From: Rhynchobatus australiae
Lineage: Eukaryota
DNA length: 64,000 nt
Direction: 5' to 3'
NCBI GenBank assembly: GCA_034780895.1
Contig: JAUZTB010000063.1
Coordinates: 15,221,956 to 15,285,955, forward strand
How positions within the stretch are numbered: position 1 is the stretch's first letter; every line of letters begins with the position of its first letter. A program made the translations under genes and the position numbers. Below, piece by piece: positions 1 to 13,459 of the stretch. The notes below the pieces were generated by a model. That model ran no database searches. It was given only the letters and a program-made list of their open reading frames with translations, and was not told where the DNA came from.

Positions 1-230
1 ATGCACTCTCAGATGTGTCATCTTTTGGGTGAGGCATTAAACTGAGATTCTATCTGCACGCATGATCTTACCTAATATCTGTCTTTCAGTGAAATAAATT
101 AGTCAATTGTTGTATCATGTTTGTTGGTTCTTGCCCTGCACAAATTGGTTGATATTTTTCCCACATATGAACGTTTGTTTTAAGGTGCTTCAGGACATCA
201 TGACATGTGCTATTTAAATGCAAATCTGCC
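1..230 (+). mobile_element. Degenerate Deu-domain SINE (SacSINE1/AmnSINE1-like) fragment
   Basis: tcttttgggtgaggcattaaactgag...gcacaaattggttg...gtgctatttaaatgcaa resembles the recalled DeuSINE consensus and the better copy at 30900-31240. Confidence 0.55.
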
Positions 231-634
231 TCGTACTTTCTTCAGTTCATACCAAGTAATTTAAAAGAGGGAAACTGCATGCGACTCCCATGTTACATCA
301 ATTCAGATAACAGAAATTCACTGTTACATAGTTCACAAATCACTATAAAAAAAAATCAGATATGGAATAAAAACTCGCTCTTACGAAATTTATGTGCAAA
401 AAAAAGCAACATTTTTTAACTCATATTTCTTGATGAGTATGGAGATGATGCAGCTTCATATTACAGAAGATAATGATATGGACCATTTTCTAGGAATGCC
501 ACCCTCCCCCCCCACCCCATCAGTAAAGCAGGAGGCTCACCTGTAAAATACCACATGACATTTCCTGCATTGAAGAGGCAAACAGACCCTCATTTCCAAG
601 TTGGAGCTTCAGATCTTGGTCTTTTTGTTCCCTT

Positions 635-930
635 AGAATATGGAATGGTACAGCACAGGAACAGGCCCTTCAGCCCACAATGTCTTTGCCAACCATGATG
701 CCAAATTAAGCTATTTCCATCTGCCTGCATGCCATCCATATTCCTTCATTTCCTGCATGTTCATGTGCCTGTCTAAATGCCTCTTNNNNNNNNNNCCAGG
801 CACCTACCACTCTCTGTAACTTGCCTCATAAATCTCCTTTAAACTCCCCCCCGCCTCCCCTGAAAAGCCATGCCCTCTAGTATTTGACATTTCTACCCTG
901 GAAAAAGGACTCTGACTGTCTACCCTATCT
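635..930 (-). mobile_element. CR1 LINE 3' end fragment
   Basis: tacagcacaggaacaggcccttcagccca is the reverse complement of the CR1 3' tail. Minus ORF 804-1019 contains ...TRGHGF..., a CR1 ORF2 C-terminal motif. Confidence 0.8.
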
Positions 931-2544
931 TTGACTTTTCTGTATAGATAGGATAAATTTTGAATGAATTTTGCAGCGGGGATATGACCTATTCCAAATA
1001 AAATATTGATGAACAGCATCGGGATGCATCACTCTCCACCCAGAAACACAGAACCAATGCATGAGTACCAAAGACTCGGATTGGAGCCTTCATCTAGGGG
1101 AGAGGTGGGAAATTTACATTCTGCTGCAAAGCTGTTATGTGCATTTTGCTGTATTTGCAGATGGCATTGCTCCTTTTTTCTCATTACCCTTGGCAATAGA
1201 TAGGGTTATTTTACAGCAAGCCATATGTTGCAGTATTATTACTTGTCTCCAGGAAGGTCTTTACTGTAGTGCTTCCATTGCCATGTTACATCCAATAAAA
1301 GGCGATGCTTACATTAAATGGATAAAGGTCAAGTATATGGTAAGTTAAGTAGTTTTGAAGAGTATTTTAGAGTTGTAAAAAGTCTGTGAATGCTTTTTGG
1401 CTTGGGTCTCAGCTGCTTCAGGAAATGGAAGCTAAAGTGAGAACAATGGTCTGGCTGTCATGTGCCTGTACACTTGTCAGAGATGAGGAGATTGGAGAGG
1501 GTTATTGATGCAAACATTGTTAGGTGATTAAGAACATGAAGGTGAATGGATGTGAAGACTTGGCCCCATGTACTTACGAACTCTTTTGAGTTTGTTAAGT
1601 TCACATGTACAATGTGGCAGAGAGCTTACACTTATAGGAAGACAGCTGGATGAGTGGATGAACTAAATGACACAAATGCAGATCTTGTAAAAGAAGAGCT
1701 GCTGGAGAGAGAGGCTGCTAAAAGGCATAACTTAGGCTCTACTACAACAGACAATAATAATTTGCATTCAAGTAGCACCTTTTTAATGACGACAGCAGCC
1801 ATAGAGTATAAGATTGAACTGGCTTCAAGCACTAGATATTATTGAGGATACTGTTTGAAAAGCAGAATGAGAAACTGAAGTGTGGGAGTATACGATAGAT
1901 ATCGTAACAGCAGATGACTCAAGTGTGCAGTTGGGCAGTTATTTTTGTCCTGATATTCAACAGGGTTGTGATTAATCATCATGCATAAGATTGCAGATTT
2001 TGAGATGGTGGCTGAGCTGATGCAGAGCAAAAGACAGAAGCCACTGGTTAGAATCAATGTAAAAATAAATAACTCAAGGATAGCTCCGAGATGAATTTGT
2101 CCATATTGCAAGCAAGTTCAAGGAGATACTCTGTAAATTTGGTCTGTTGCTGTTCTCTGGAAAAATAGTTAATGAATAGAGCTGAATTAGCATNNNNNNN
2201 NNNNNNNNNNNNNNNNNNNNNNNNNNNNNNNNNNNNNNNNNNNNNNNNNNNNNNNNNNNNNNNNNNNNNNNNNNGAAATGGCTGTATACAGCACCATCAG
2301 GGAGATCAACTATTACTGTAGGGGAAGGTTTGTTTTACCAGATTCCACGTTTGATGGGTGAAGGCTATAATTATAGATAAACAGAACTTGGAGAGAAACC
2401 AGAAGACAGGAGAATAATACAGTAAAGTAAATCCAGGCAAAGTAAACAGAGTCTTAATTGTAGTCTTTACTTTTTTCTTAAATTGTTAAGTGTCTATATG
2501 ATAGGATTGCAGAAACAAAACTTAAAGCTTATCCAAAGAGTAGC

Positions 2545-2800
2545 ATGTCATAAATACAAGGACTCGAGTTTGCTCTCTAGTCTGCATTGAATTCATGATC
2601 TCAGCTAATAAAATGTTGTAACAGTTAAGATTAAGAGCAGAAAATTCAGAATTCTATGCCCAATGTTTGTGGAGGTAGCTGAAATTAAGACTGACTAAAT
2701 TGGGGACATTCTACCTCTATGTACAGTGCCCATGTAAAAGAAAGGCCATTTGAGCAAAGTATAAGTGAATGGCTAGAAACCATGGAACTAAGGTACAGGA
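2545..2800 (+). mobile_element. Ancient SINE remnant, AmnSINE2-like
   Basis: tgatctcagct and catgtaaaagaaaggccatttgagcaaagta...ccatggaact resemble the recalled AmnSINE2 consensus. Similar remnants lie near 21330-21560 (-), 24460-24670, 58150-58280 and 59820-60060. Confidence 0.45.
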
Positions 2801-3130
2801 GAATGATTAAAAATACAGTGAACTAAAGCACAAGAGAATGATTGTCATTCATGGAGCTGAGGTACAAGTAAATGATTGCAATACATGGAGTTTAGGTGCA
2901 GGAGAATGATTAGAATCCATGGAGATAAGCTACAGGATAATGACCAAAATCCATGGAGCTCAACAACAGGAGAATAATCAGAATCCAAAGAGCTGAGTTG
3001 CATGAGAATGTCCACCATCCAATGAACTGAAGAACAGGAAAATGAGTTATATCTGTGTAGCAGCAGTCCAGGAGAAACACAATCATCCATGAAATTGAGG
3101 AACTGAAAAATGATCAATAGCCATGAAGTT
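2776..3130. repeat. Degenerate minisatellite, ~34-bp unit, ~10 copies
   Basis: Consensus about gaatccatggagctaaggtacaggagaatgatta repeated head to tail, e.g. gaaaccatggaactaaggtacaggagaatgatta, caatacatggagtttaggtgcaggagaatgatta, gaatccatggagataagctacaggataatgacca. Confidence 0.8.
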
Positions 3131-3267
3131 GTATCTTAGGATGGAGTCAAAGTCTGTATAGAGGATTATATTAGCAATATGGAATGAATTCAAAGTGGAG
3201 AATACAGAATGTTATAGAATATATAATAGAAAAGATGGGGGAAATGATTGTAGTGATCATTGCAGTG

Positions 3268-3715
3268 ATTATTGTGTAGAGGATCGTCGAAGATTGCAGA
3301 GGGACATTGACAGGATGCAGATCTGGGCTGAGAAATGGCAGCTGGAGTTTAATCCGGAGAAGTGTGAGGTGGTACACTTTGGAAGGGCAGACTCCAAGGC
3401 AAAGTACAAAGTTAATGGCAGGAGGTAGGATGGGTAGTGTGGAGGAGCAGNNNNNNNNNNNNNNNNNNNNNNNNNNNNNNNNNNNNNNNNNNNNNNNNNN
3501 NNNNNNNNNNNNNNNNNNNNNNNNNNNNNNNNNNNNNNNNNNNNNNNNNNAGGTACATTGGTCAAATTCAAAAGATTGCTAGGTAAACATCTGGAGGAAT
3601 TTAAAATAGAGGGATATGTGGGAGGAAGAGGTTAGATAGTCTTAGGTGAGGTTTATAGGTCAACAACATTGTAGGCCGAAGGGCCTGTGTTGTGCTGTAC
3701 TGTTCTATGTTCTAT
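3268..3715 (+). mobile_element. CR1 LINE 3' fragment (RT C-terminus plus tail), interrupted by a gap
   Basis: ORF 3195-3428 LQRDIDRMQIWAEKWQLEFNPEKCEVVHFG is a hallmark CR1 ORF2 motif. Ends with ggccgaagggcctgtgttgtgctgtactgttctatgttctat. Confidence 0.92.
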
Positions 3716-4079
3716 TATTTGGAAATTAAGAAAGTTTGTTTTCTTTCCATGTTTTTGACAGGATGTACATGTATTTTTATGAGGTAACATGCAGAGATAA
3801 TGTAATATCATCTAACTTAAACAGATTGAAAATTGGTGATACTTGAAGTGAATCAGGAGAATGTGGTAAAAGTTGCTAATGATCTCATGATAATTCACTT
3901 CAAGGTTTGGTTTTTACAAATAATGTAGAAGTAATGGGCCCTCTGGGGAACAGTCACTAAATCAAGACTTAATTTCATATTGCCTAGGAGAAGTCAGCAA
4001 CTTGAATATCATTTCACCATGTGACTACCAAGAGCAATAGCACATTAATTAAGTTACTGGACAAATATCCAGGGGCCTA

Positions 4080-4795
4080 AAATGAAACAGAAACTGCTGA
4101 AAATATACAGCAGGTCAGGCTGCATATGTGGAAAGAGAAACCAAGTCAGCATTGCAGGTCGGAGACCCTTCATAAGAACTGAAAAGAAGACAAGATAAAG
4201 CTTGTAAAGCTGCATGGTGGGTGGGGAGGGTTTGTCTGATAGGGTGAGCATGGAATAAGATGTAAACAAGGTCATATGAATGACTGAATGGGAGCAGTTA
4301 GAGGGTGAGACCATAGACAAAAGTACCTAGGCAAAATAGTGTGGAAGTTGCAAAATGCAGAGCAGGAGGCAAAGCCCAGTAGGCCAGGCTGGGCATGTCC
4401 TCTACTCCCAGAGGGAAAACAAGCGGGGGAAATAAAGCTGAGCTAATATTGCAGATGGAATATTCGGCCTACTGGGCTTGTCCTCCNNNNNNNNNNNNNN
4501 NNNNNNNNNNNNNNNNNNNNNNNNNNNNNNNNNNNNNNNNNNNNNCCATTCACTCATTGACTATATAACCTTGTTTACAGTTTATCCCCACGGTCATCCC
4601 AGTTTTACCCTATCAGAGACACCCTTCTCCCCCACCCTCCCTGCAGGTGTACAAGCTTCTTTTGTCTCCTTTTCAGTTCTGATGAAAAGTATGTGACCTG
4701 GGACTGTTGACTTATTTCTCTTCCCACAGATGTGACCTGACCTATTGAGTATTTCCAGCATTTTCTGTTTTTGTTTTTGATTTCTAGCATCTGCT
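4080..4795. mobile_element. Penelope-like pLTR-derived fold-back element (inverted arms ~4080-4246 and ~4606-4775)
   Basis: aaacagaaactgctgaaaatatacagcaggtcagg...ctgatagggtg is inversely complementary to taccctatcag...cctgacctattgagtatttccagcattttctgttt. Degenerate hammerhead-like cores occur in both arms. Confidence 0.7.
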
Positions 4796-4814
4796 TTTTT
4801 TGTTGATTTTTACT

Positions 4815-5165
4815 ATCTGGAGGCCTGGACTATTGATCTTGAGGCACAAGTTCAATTGCATCGCAGCAACTGAGAATTTAAATCCAGTTAATTAACCATG
4901 TTGAGAATAAAAGCTGGTATCAGAAATGATGATTGTGAAAATGCCAGTTCTTGTTAAAGCCCTGGTGCATTAGCATCCTTTAGGGGAAAAAAATAATCAT
5001 ACTTTGCTGATCAGGACCATTTGCAGCTCCAGACCATAGCAATGTGGTTGACTTTTTATTTCACCCTGAATTAACTTAGCAAGGCACTTAGTTCAAGGAC
5101 CAATTAGGGATGGCAGAGAATGCTGGCCTGTCAGCAACATCCACATTCCATGAACAAAATTTTGA
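4815..5165 (+). mobile_element. SINE with CR1-type 3' tail
   Basis: B-box-like caagttcaattgc near the 5' end. Tail caattagggatggcagagaatgctggcctgtcagcaacatccacattccatgaa is shared with LINE ends at ~29720 and ~56720. Confidence 0.6.
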
Positions 5166-6089
5166 AAAATTATGGTGAACTAGTTATAGCTTGGACTGTT
5201 GCAAGCAGTTCATGATAAACCAATGGTTGTGTATCGTAATGATTAAACCAAATTGAACATATTTAACATGCTGTATGTAATTTAATTTTTACAATGTACA
5301 AATATTGTATTTATATTACACTTCAATATAAAAGTTATCAGTGATATACAGAACATTGCATATCACTGCCATTTGGCTAATGGAAGGATCCTACAAACAA
5401 AAATAAACCACTGTCTTTTTTTGCAGTACTGGAATAATGTTGGTCAGGTTGAAATCTTTAACATCTACCTTGGTAGCCTTCAGTTTAATGTTTCCTCCAA
5501 AGAAAAATTTATTTGACAATCCAGGAGCCCCTCAGGCTTTGCATGACGATGTCAAACTAAATTATAAGGGCTGGGATTTTCCAGCGTGAGACTGTTGCCT
5601 ACACTTGCATCATTAACTTGAACTTATCTGCATGGGGCCCAGACTGTCTGGGTAGCAGCAGGGCCTTGATTGACAAAGTGGGGTTATGCAGGGGACCACA
5701 ATGGGCCCTGCCCACAAAACTTATTTGGAAGCCTTTCAAGCCAGCAGAACCCCGCCCCCAACTTTAAAGTCTGTCAAAGTTGTCAAAACTCCAACATTTA
5801 GAAACATTTCAGAACTATTTAAAATACTTTTTTAAAATGTTGATCCTAAAAGAATAAAAATGCTGCAGGGTCTAGGGTCAGAGTGCAGCCAGGAATTTGG
5901 TGGAGCTTAGTCACTAAATTCAGGCCTTCTGTGCTCACTCTGGACTCTCGAAACATACACACATTTGCATTGAAAAATGCCAGAAATTCAGTGCGGAATA
6001 TGCTAAGCATTAAGCTCTTGGCCAAGGCTAGAATCACAAAGACCAGCATTCTGACCCAAGGGTGAAATAAGGAGGTTGTATGATATCTC

Positions 6090-7760
6090 TGGTAGCTGTC
6101 TGTCCTGTAAGGTGATGATTTGCACCTTCATTGTCAACTGCATGTTGAAGGTTGTCTGATGTGGTACAGGCATGTTTCCCTTTGGTTTCTCTGCATCCTC
6201 TTCTCAGCCAACTGAGTTTTCATTTAACTTCACCTCTTCCACTGCTGTTCTGAATATTCAACCTCTGGTGGTCCTGACTGGCAGCGAACTTCCATTGTGT
6301 GTTGATACCCACCACATTCATTTCTCATTTACAGTTGTCCTTGTGGTCAAGATATGGGCATCCAAGAGGTTACGACTAGTGGCCAGTTCACCATTCAGAA
6401 TGTCTGTAAGAATAGTGTCATCATCCATGAAAAAGCTGTGGCTGATCTACTGCAAATGATACTGGCTTAGGAATGAATGTATGTTGGCAGTCTTTGCACA
6501 CTCCAGGATCTGTAAATTGGTGAGCTTGACCTGCTTCGGATGTCTCTAAGACAGGAAAGGTGGAGAATGTTCAGCCTTTCCTCCAATGTATACGTTGTCT
6601 AGATCTCATTGCTGTTGAAAAGTTACTAAGACCATAGGCATTGTAAACTTAAAGTTTGATGTTCTCCATCGGTAACTGTTGGTCCTTGCTCATCTTTACA
6701 TAACAATTACAGCTTTTTATAATATGTATGTTGATTTCAGCATGAAGTGACAGATTAGTTATTGTGTAGCTGTCACGAAGCTCAAGAAGACATTATCAAT
6801 GCTAACCAATGGCAGGGTTCTGGGCCATGATGTACATCCTTCTGATTTTGATACTCAATTTAAATGCTTTACAAGCATAAAAGGGTTGTTCTTAAGTATA
6901 GATTTACAGCTTAGTCATCATAGTTTAATTAACTCCCTAATGACAATCTGGCTGTCTTTTGTATTGTTCCTTAGGTGGGCAAGGCTGAAAAGCATTCCAT
7001 TTGTTCTGTTATGTAAATGTACCCTCTGTGGATGTGAAGGCATATGACTGTATCACCAAGAAGAATATGCCAAAGAGTTTTGGTGTCAGAGTGCAACCTT
7101 GTTTGACACCATTGCAGTTCTCTAAGGGTTCCACTGTTGTCCCAGCACAATTCACCTTATCCCTTGTGTTAACGTGAAAGGAGTAGATGCCACTGAGCAG
7201 CTTCAGCAACTTAAGTGAACAATCCCTACTTTCACAACTGAATGCTCAGGTGAGATCGATAAAGACAATATATAATGGCATTTCTCTTATGACTGCTGAG
7301 TTGTGAATATCATATGAATCATGGTTCTCCCGATTCTAAGACCTTGGATTTGGGGTAAGAACTTTCAACCAAGAACTCTGCTCTAGATGGGCATGGCATG
7401 CAAATACTTTTCCTACAATGCCAATTGAAAGTGTTCTGGATATTAAAAAATTCAAGGGGATAGTGCAGGGAAATGCAAGAATATCAGCATGATCTTGATG
7501 AATGGTGGAACTGGCTTGAAGGACCAAATAGCCTATTCCTACTACTAATTCTTATGTTCATATGTTACTCCAAGCAGCTCTTAATGCATTCAGAGTTTCT
7601 TCACAGGTCTTTGTTGTAGTTAATGAGGGTGGATCACTTGGCTTCAATGACAGATTCCATTACAGCAATGTTGGCCTCGAACCAGACAGTATTTTCTGTT
7701 CCTTTACTGAGAGTGCAGTATTGTAATTGATGTATTGAATTGTATTCCAATTTGCTCCTG
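6090..7760 (-). mobile_element. Decayed RTE (BovB-like) LINE, with a CR1 tail inserted at ~7450-7565
   Basis: Minus-strand peptides GVKQGCTLTPKLFGIFF (RT domain), DILNGELAT (RTE C-terminal DILYGELA motif) and WFEANIAVMESVIEAK. Many stops and frameshifts. Confidence 0.8.
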
Positions 7761-8039
7761 CACTCGTGTGGGAGTACCGGAGAGTGTTTGTTCACTGGAT
7801 TCAAAGAACTGTTGTTCTTATCTGCATAGTATGGCAGACATTGATGCAGGGACAGCCTTTCTACTTTGAGTGGAAAGCAGAATATAGAACCAAATTGGAA
7901 AATAATTTGATACACTATTTACAGCACTAGATTCTCAATATATAAGGGAAATAAGAACAGCAATTGTTGTGTTCTATATCTCACAGTTAGAGTATTGGAT
8001 ATTTTTCTTTCCTCTGTCTCATTAATCTTCCTCTATTTA

Positions 8040-8330
8040 CACCACCTCCGACAGATCAGCTGCAATAAATAAGCCTTCAGCACCCTTTCTCAGTCAGCAT
8101 CACCACCATCTATGCTATTCAATTTTTCTGTATCTACAGATCTTTGTTCTCTCCATCTCTCTCCCTTCTTTGCAATATAAAACCTGCTATTCTAATTTTT
8201 TCTAGTTCTGGTTATTAACCCAAAACGTTAACTCTTTTTCTCTCTCTACAGATGCTGCCTGACCTGCTGAGTATTTCCAGCATTTTCTGTCTTTATTTCA
8301 GATTTTCTGCATCTGTGGCCTTTTGACTTT
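8040..8330 (+). mobile_element. Penelope-like pLTR fragment
   Basis: cagatgctgcctgacctgctgagtatttccagcattttctg, the same family as the 4606-4790 arm. Confidence 0.7.
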
Positions 8331-11300
8331 GTAATTCTATATTGGTGTTCACTTATTGTGATATATGCTTGAGGATTTTTGATATAGATTACTAGGGACA
8401 AATATATATCATATTCTGTTTAACAGAGGTGCTGATTTATTTCAAGAAATCAAATTAAATCTCTGAAAAGTGGGTAAAGAAATTTCATACATTAATTTCA
8501 AGGTTTGCACCCTATATTTCATACAAAAGCTGCANNNNNNNNNNNNNNNNNNNNNNNNNNNNNNNNNNNNNNNNNNNNNNNNNNAAATGTTGTTCCCAAA
8601 AAGAACAATTGTGTAAGAGATGCACTCATTACTTGAGTGTCCCTCGACTAACTCCTTGCTTTGTTAGATTAGATAGTGCCACTGAAGTTGACATTGATAT
8701 AATTATATTTGGTACAAGGACTGAAAAACACAATTGTGCACAGCAGATTTCCTTCTTTACTAATATAAATTGGAACTTTGGGTACAAATTACCACATTGG
8801 TTAAACTAATCCTGCATTGTGCTACTTGCTTATATTTGTGTCCATTTTGCTGACATCAGGAGACTTGAATGGCCAATTTCATAATTCACTGCTGGCCGCT
8901 GAAGGATCTCACAAAATTCACAAAGTGTGCAGGGATTGCTCTCTCTAGTTCTTAGCTGCTGAGATATTCCTTCAGTTGATGGCACAGTGGTAATATCATC
9001 AGCAGTACTCCATTGCCAGCCTCTGTAGCTGAGCCAGGGCATAGTCTGTAGTGATGCCTCTAGCTGCCTCATCAGTGTCAACTATCTATACACAATAAAA
9101 GATGTTGTTTGTCTTAAAGAAGGGTGCATTTGAGATACAGGTATATTCAGAATGAATTACAGCTGGAAAAAAAATGAATACAAATTTCAAAACTCATTTT
9201 TTAATGGAATTGCATACCCTGGCACCATCCCAGTTTTACTACATTGTATCTGGGTTTTGAATTCCAAGCATTATGTTGCAGTGTTTCCTGAATGGCCGGT
9301 GAAAGGCTTTTCCATCTCACTTTGAGTTTCTACAACTTTCCACAATGACCCTTGAGAAACGCTTGACTCTACAAGCTAGTTTCTGACTGTTGACAGTTTC
9401 AGTTGTGGAGCAGTCTGAAATGGCTAGTTGTGGAATGTAGGTGAGCATGCTGCCTGAGAGGCTGTGGTGGGAGGTGATTTGGTGCCCACCTAAGGTTGGG
9501 GGTTTGGGGGGGAGAGGGGAATAATTTGCTTGAACTTTCCTGCCAGACAACTGGTTCATCATCAGTACAATAACCTGAGTAGTCAGGCTGCTCCGCCATT
9601 ATTTCAAGTTCCATACCTGGATCTCTGCTGGCTGACACCTCATCACAACTGTCCGATTTGTGCTGTTTTTATGCTTCTCCTCAAATGAGACCAGATGGAG
9701 TTATATTGCATTTGGTAGCAATGTGGTCTTAATGTATCTTAGATCCAGAGGACAAAGGATCTTTACATTTCTACTGCTTAGGGTGAAGTAACATTTCCTT
9801 GGTTACCATTTCATTGTGTGCTGTTCTGGGATATGACTTGGAACTATTGAACACTTCCAAACAAGAACCAGTGCTGGAACTACAAAATGGGTATGAAGGG
9901 CTTGAGTTTTTTTTTATATATTTATCTTTTCTCTCATGTACTGATTTTGATACTGGACAAAGAAGAGGCATTTTAATCCTCAAAAGGACAACAGTTTTTA
10001 ATGAAAATATAATAACTTGTAATTTACTATGTCATTAAGAATATAGCATTAACTTGTCTCAAATTAAAAAATGGAATGTAACGGATTCACAGTTTGACAA
10101 ATAATTCATTGAGCAAAGAAAGGGAATTGCTTAATGGAATTTTTGATATATCGAATTAATTATGCAGTTTGCTAACAGTGTGAAAGGATTTGTTTTGACT
10201 AATGTCTATGTATAAATCACAATAGCAATAACAAAATAATTGCTATCCCTGCCTTGCAAAATCCAGAAGGTGACTGTCTGCTGCTTAAAAGGAAGATTTA
10301 AATGTTGATACCCAGCTTTCTCTTTAGTATCTTGGTCACAATGCACTACCTGCAGGGACAAGTGCAGCAGATACAGGAGAGGAACTTCACCTTGAATTTT
10401 TCATGCCACAAGTTGGACATATGTCCCTGTTCTTCATTCATCACTGGGTCAAAATCCTGGAACTCCATACCTAATATCTCTCTGTTCTCCACCCTATCCC
10501 CCAACTCAACACAGAAANNNNNNNNNNNNNNNNNNNNNNNNNNNNNNNNNNNNNNNNNNNNNNNNNNNNNNNNNNNNNNNNNNNNNNNNNNNNNNNNNNN
10601 NNNNNNNNNNNNNNNNNCCTATCCCCCAACTCAACACAGAAAGATTGCCTATCATGGCCTTCTCAAAGGCAACTCAAAATTTTAACCCTGTTCCTTACTC
10701 CATTAATGCTGCTTAACTTTCTGTATATCTCCAGAATTTTCTGCTTTCATATTTCCAGCATCTATAATTTTCTTTGGCCTGTTTAAAGTAAAACTTTAAA
10801 GTAGAAGCAGTAAGTGTAAAGATAAATAAATGAAAAGTAAATCTGACGTCAACAATTATCTTCATTTAAATGGAATAAGGCAGGGTAACAGAAAAATCAG
10901 CTATTAGAAGCACTTAAAAACCAACAATATTAGACTAAGAGAGTGAGAGGGATTAGATTCAACTGATCAAATGGTCTTTTTGAATATTTGGCTGTTCTTG
11001 AGTAGCAAAGTGAGGGCTATGTTACAATCCCTACATTATCTGCCTCTTGGATCTCATCAAAGCCTATAACCTGCTTCAGTGGACTAGAGCTGATGAATAC
11101 CAGGTCTGCCTCAGTAGCTGCGCCCTGAGCATCATAACTGTTTGGTGGTGTTCTGCCTCGGGGAACATCAATGTTCTGTGCTTCTCTAGCATCAAATTGA
11201 TTTTTTTTAAAGTTTTCATATTGTAATTATGACCCATCCATCTTCTTTTGTAATTCAGATCACAGCATCACTTCAGAATTCTTGTCAATCAGATATATAC

Positions 11301-13459
11301 TTCCTCACATATCTTCTCTGCTCTTGACTTCTGTTCTTGGATAAGCCATGGGGAGCAAAACAAATAAGTTAATTTGTAAAAATTTCAGACTAACGCAAAC
11401 TCATGTAGAATGGGGAGCTCTCATAATTTATTTTCAATCTATACCAAGTGAAATGAATTCAGATATGGATTTATGAGTAATACACTTGGTTCTCACAGTC
11501 ACAGGAAAGCAAAAGTCAGATGTCATTTCCCTTCCTGATAACAGTTCAGTAACCCTGCTAGAAAATATGTCCTGTGGACAGCACAGCAGGACAGAACTGG
11601 GCTTGGTTGTGATATTGCCACAGATGGATAACCTGTTGACATTTGTTATGTACATGAATAATGAGCACTTACATAATCATTATGTGAATTTAGCTTAAAT
11701 AGCAGACGTCTCTTTGTGAGATATTTGTGGTTTAATTGTTCATATTAATGTTTAAATGAAATAATGAAATGTTTTCCATTTTTATGTATATTATCTTTTA
11801 TGATGAGACACTAAGCCAAGACCCTGCTTCCCCATTGGATCAACATAAAAGATTATAATTGAAGGGCAGGAGTTTCCCAGTGTCCCAGCCAACATGTGTT
11901 TCCACGTCACAACCATTAACTAGTCTTTTTGGTCAATTGCTGTATGTGGAACATTACTGTGTTCATCTACAAGGAAAAAATGACTGCACCTCAAAAGAAT
12001 TCATTAGGTGCGATATATTTTGGAAATTCCCCAGNNNNNNNNNNNNNNNNNNNNNNNNNNTTCATGAGAGAAAATTGGGAGGAAAATTATCCAAATGAGA
12101 ATGAGTACTATATCCAAAATTGCTTATGCTGCAATATGTAAACTGGTCGTGATTGGTGGTTCCCTTTTGGAATCAGCCACATTCAACCATTCACAACTAC
12201 ATCCGGCACTTACACGGCTCTACCCAACAAGTCCAAGACAAGTTGAGGGACAGACTTTGATGCACCTGCTTCATCGTTGGACTTCACATGGAATCCATTG
12301 GCAGAGGTCAATCATTCTTTGATTCTGCAGCATTATGCTCGGGGATCCACCTCTACAATCTCACATCAGTCAGACCAGGAATATGAAAGGAATCCCCATT
12401 AATTTGAATAGGGATGACTTGCATGGAAACTTGGAAGAAAAATCCATGTTTAGTTACTTTTATACTTGTTTTATTTTATTTTAGTGCTTTTAGTTGCTTA
12501 TTAGTTTGAACATGTTTTCAATTAATTTTACTTTTCTTAAATATTTAAAGCAATTTTAGTAGTTTTTAAATGCTCTGTATGTCAGCTCTTGCTTTGTCAG
12601 GTACTAGGGGAGCCATCCGGGTGCTGGGCACTGGGATGAATGATGAAATTTTAAAAGATGAAAACACATAGATATGATGGAGTGAGTGGCCTTCTTTTGT
12701 GCATTAAATCTTTGATTCTGTATTCTACACTATACATCGGTTTCGATGGGGGTAATGGAGAAAACTATGGACAAGCTTTGATAAAAGGAAAGGATTTTGT
12801 TACTTGTAAGTCAAGCTTTGATCAAAGGCAGGATGTCAGTGCAATCAATGATAATGTGCTTCTGAACAGCAAGGACAAATGAATATTCTGGGAGGGAAAG
12901 GTGCTTCACTGACTCAGAACAAGTGGAACAAATGTGAATAAGATCGACATGCTGGAGGTGAAGTNNNNNNNNNNNNNNNNNNNNNNNNNNNNNNNNNNNN
13001 NNNNNNNNNNNNNNNNNNNNNNNNNNNNNNNNNNNNNNNNNNNNNNNNNNNNNNNNNNNNNNNNNNNNNNNNNNNNNNNNNNNNNNNNNNNNNNNNNNNN
13101 NNNNNNNNNNNNNNNNNNNNNNNNNNNNNNNNNNNNNNNNNNNNNNNNNNNNNNNNNNNNNNNNNNNNNNNNNNNNNNNNNNNNNNNNNNNNNNNNNNNN
13201 NNNNNNNNNNNNNNNCTTCTCATAACAAACCATTATCTTGATACATGTTTGCATACAAAATCTGTCAAACATATATTCTTAACTATTTCTCTGATACGAA
13301 GAAAGACTTACTGACTAGAAAGATGAGATGAACTGGCCTGATAAGTGATGGACTGTTTAAAAAAAATGTGTCACTTTCCCCAATATCTGGAAATTTTGTT
13401 CCATAAAATACTCTGAAGTTTCATTTTTATGAAATTTTAGTAGATTTAAAAAGAAGTGA

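Noticed and set aside
2776-3130. Regularly spaced ~34-bp repeats suggestive of CRISPR
   Set aside because: Units are contiguous with no unique spacers, there are no cas genes, and the context is vertebrate.
5565-5995. Possible Harbinger-type MITE starting taagggctgggatttt
   Set aside because: No convincing matching right TIR.
10490-10642. Direct repeat cctatcccccaactcaacacagaaa on both sides of a gap
   Set aside because: It flanks a 100-N placeholder gap, so it is most likely unmerged contig overlap rather than a TSD or real duplication.
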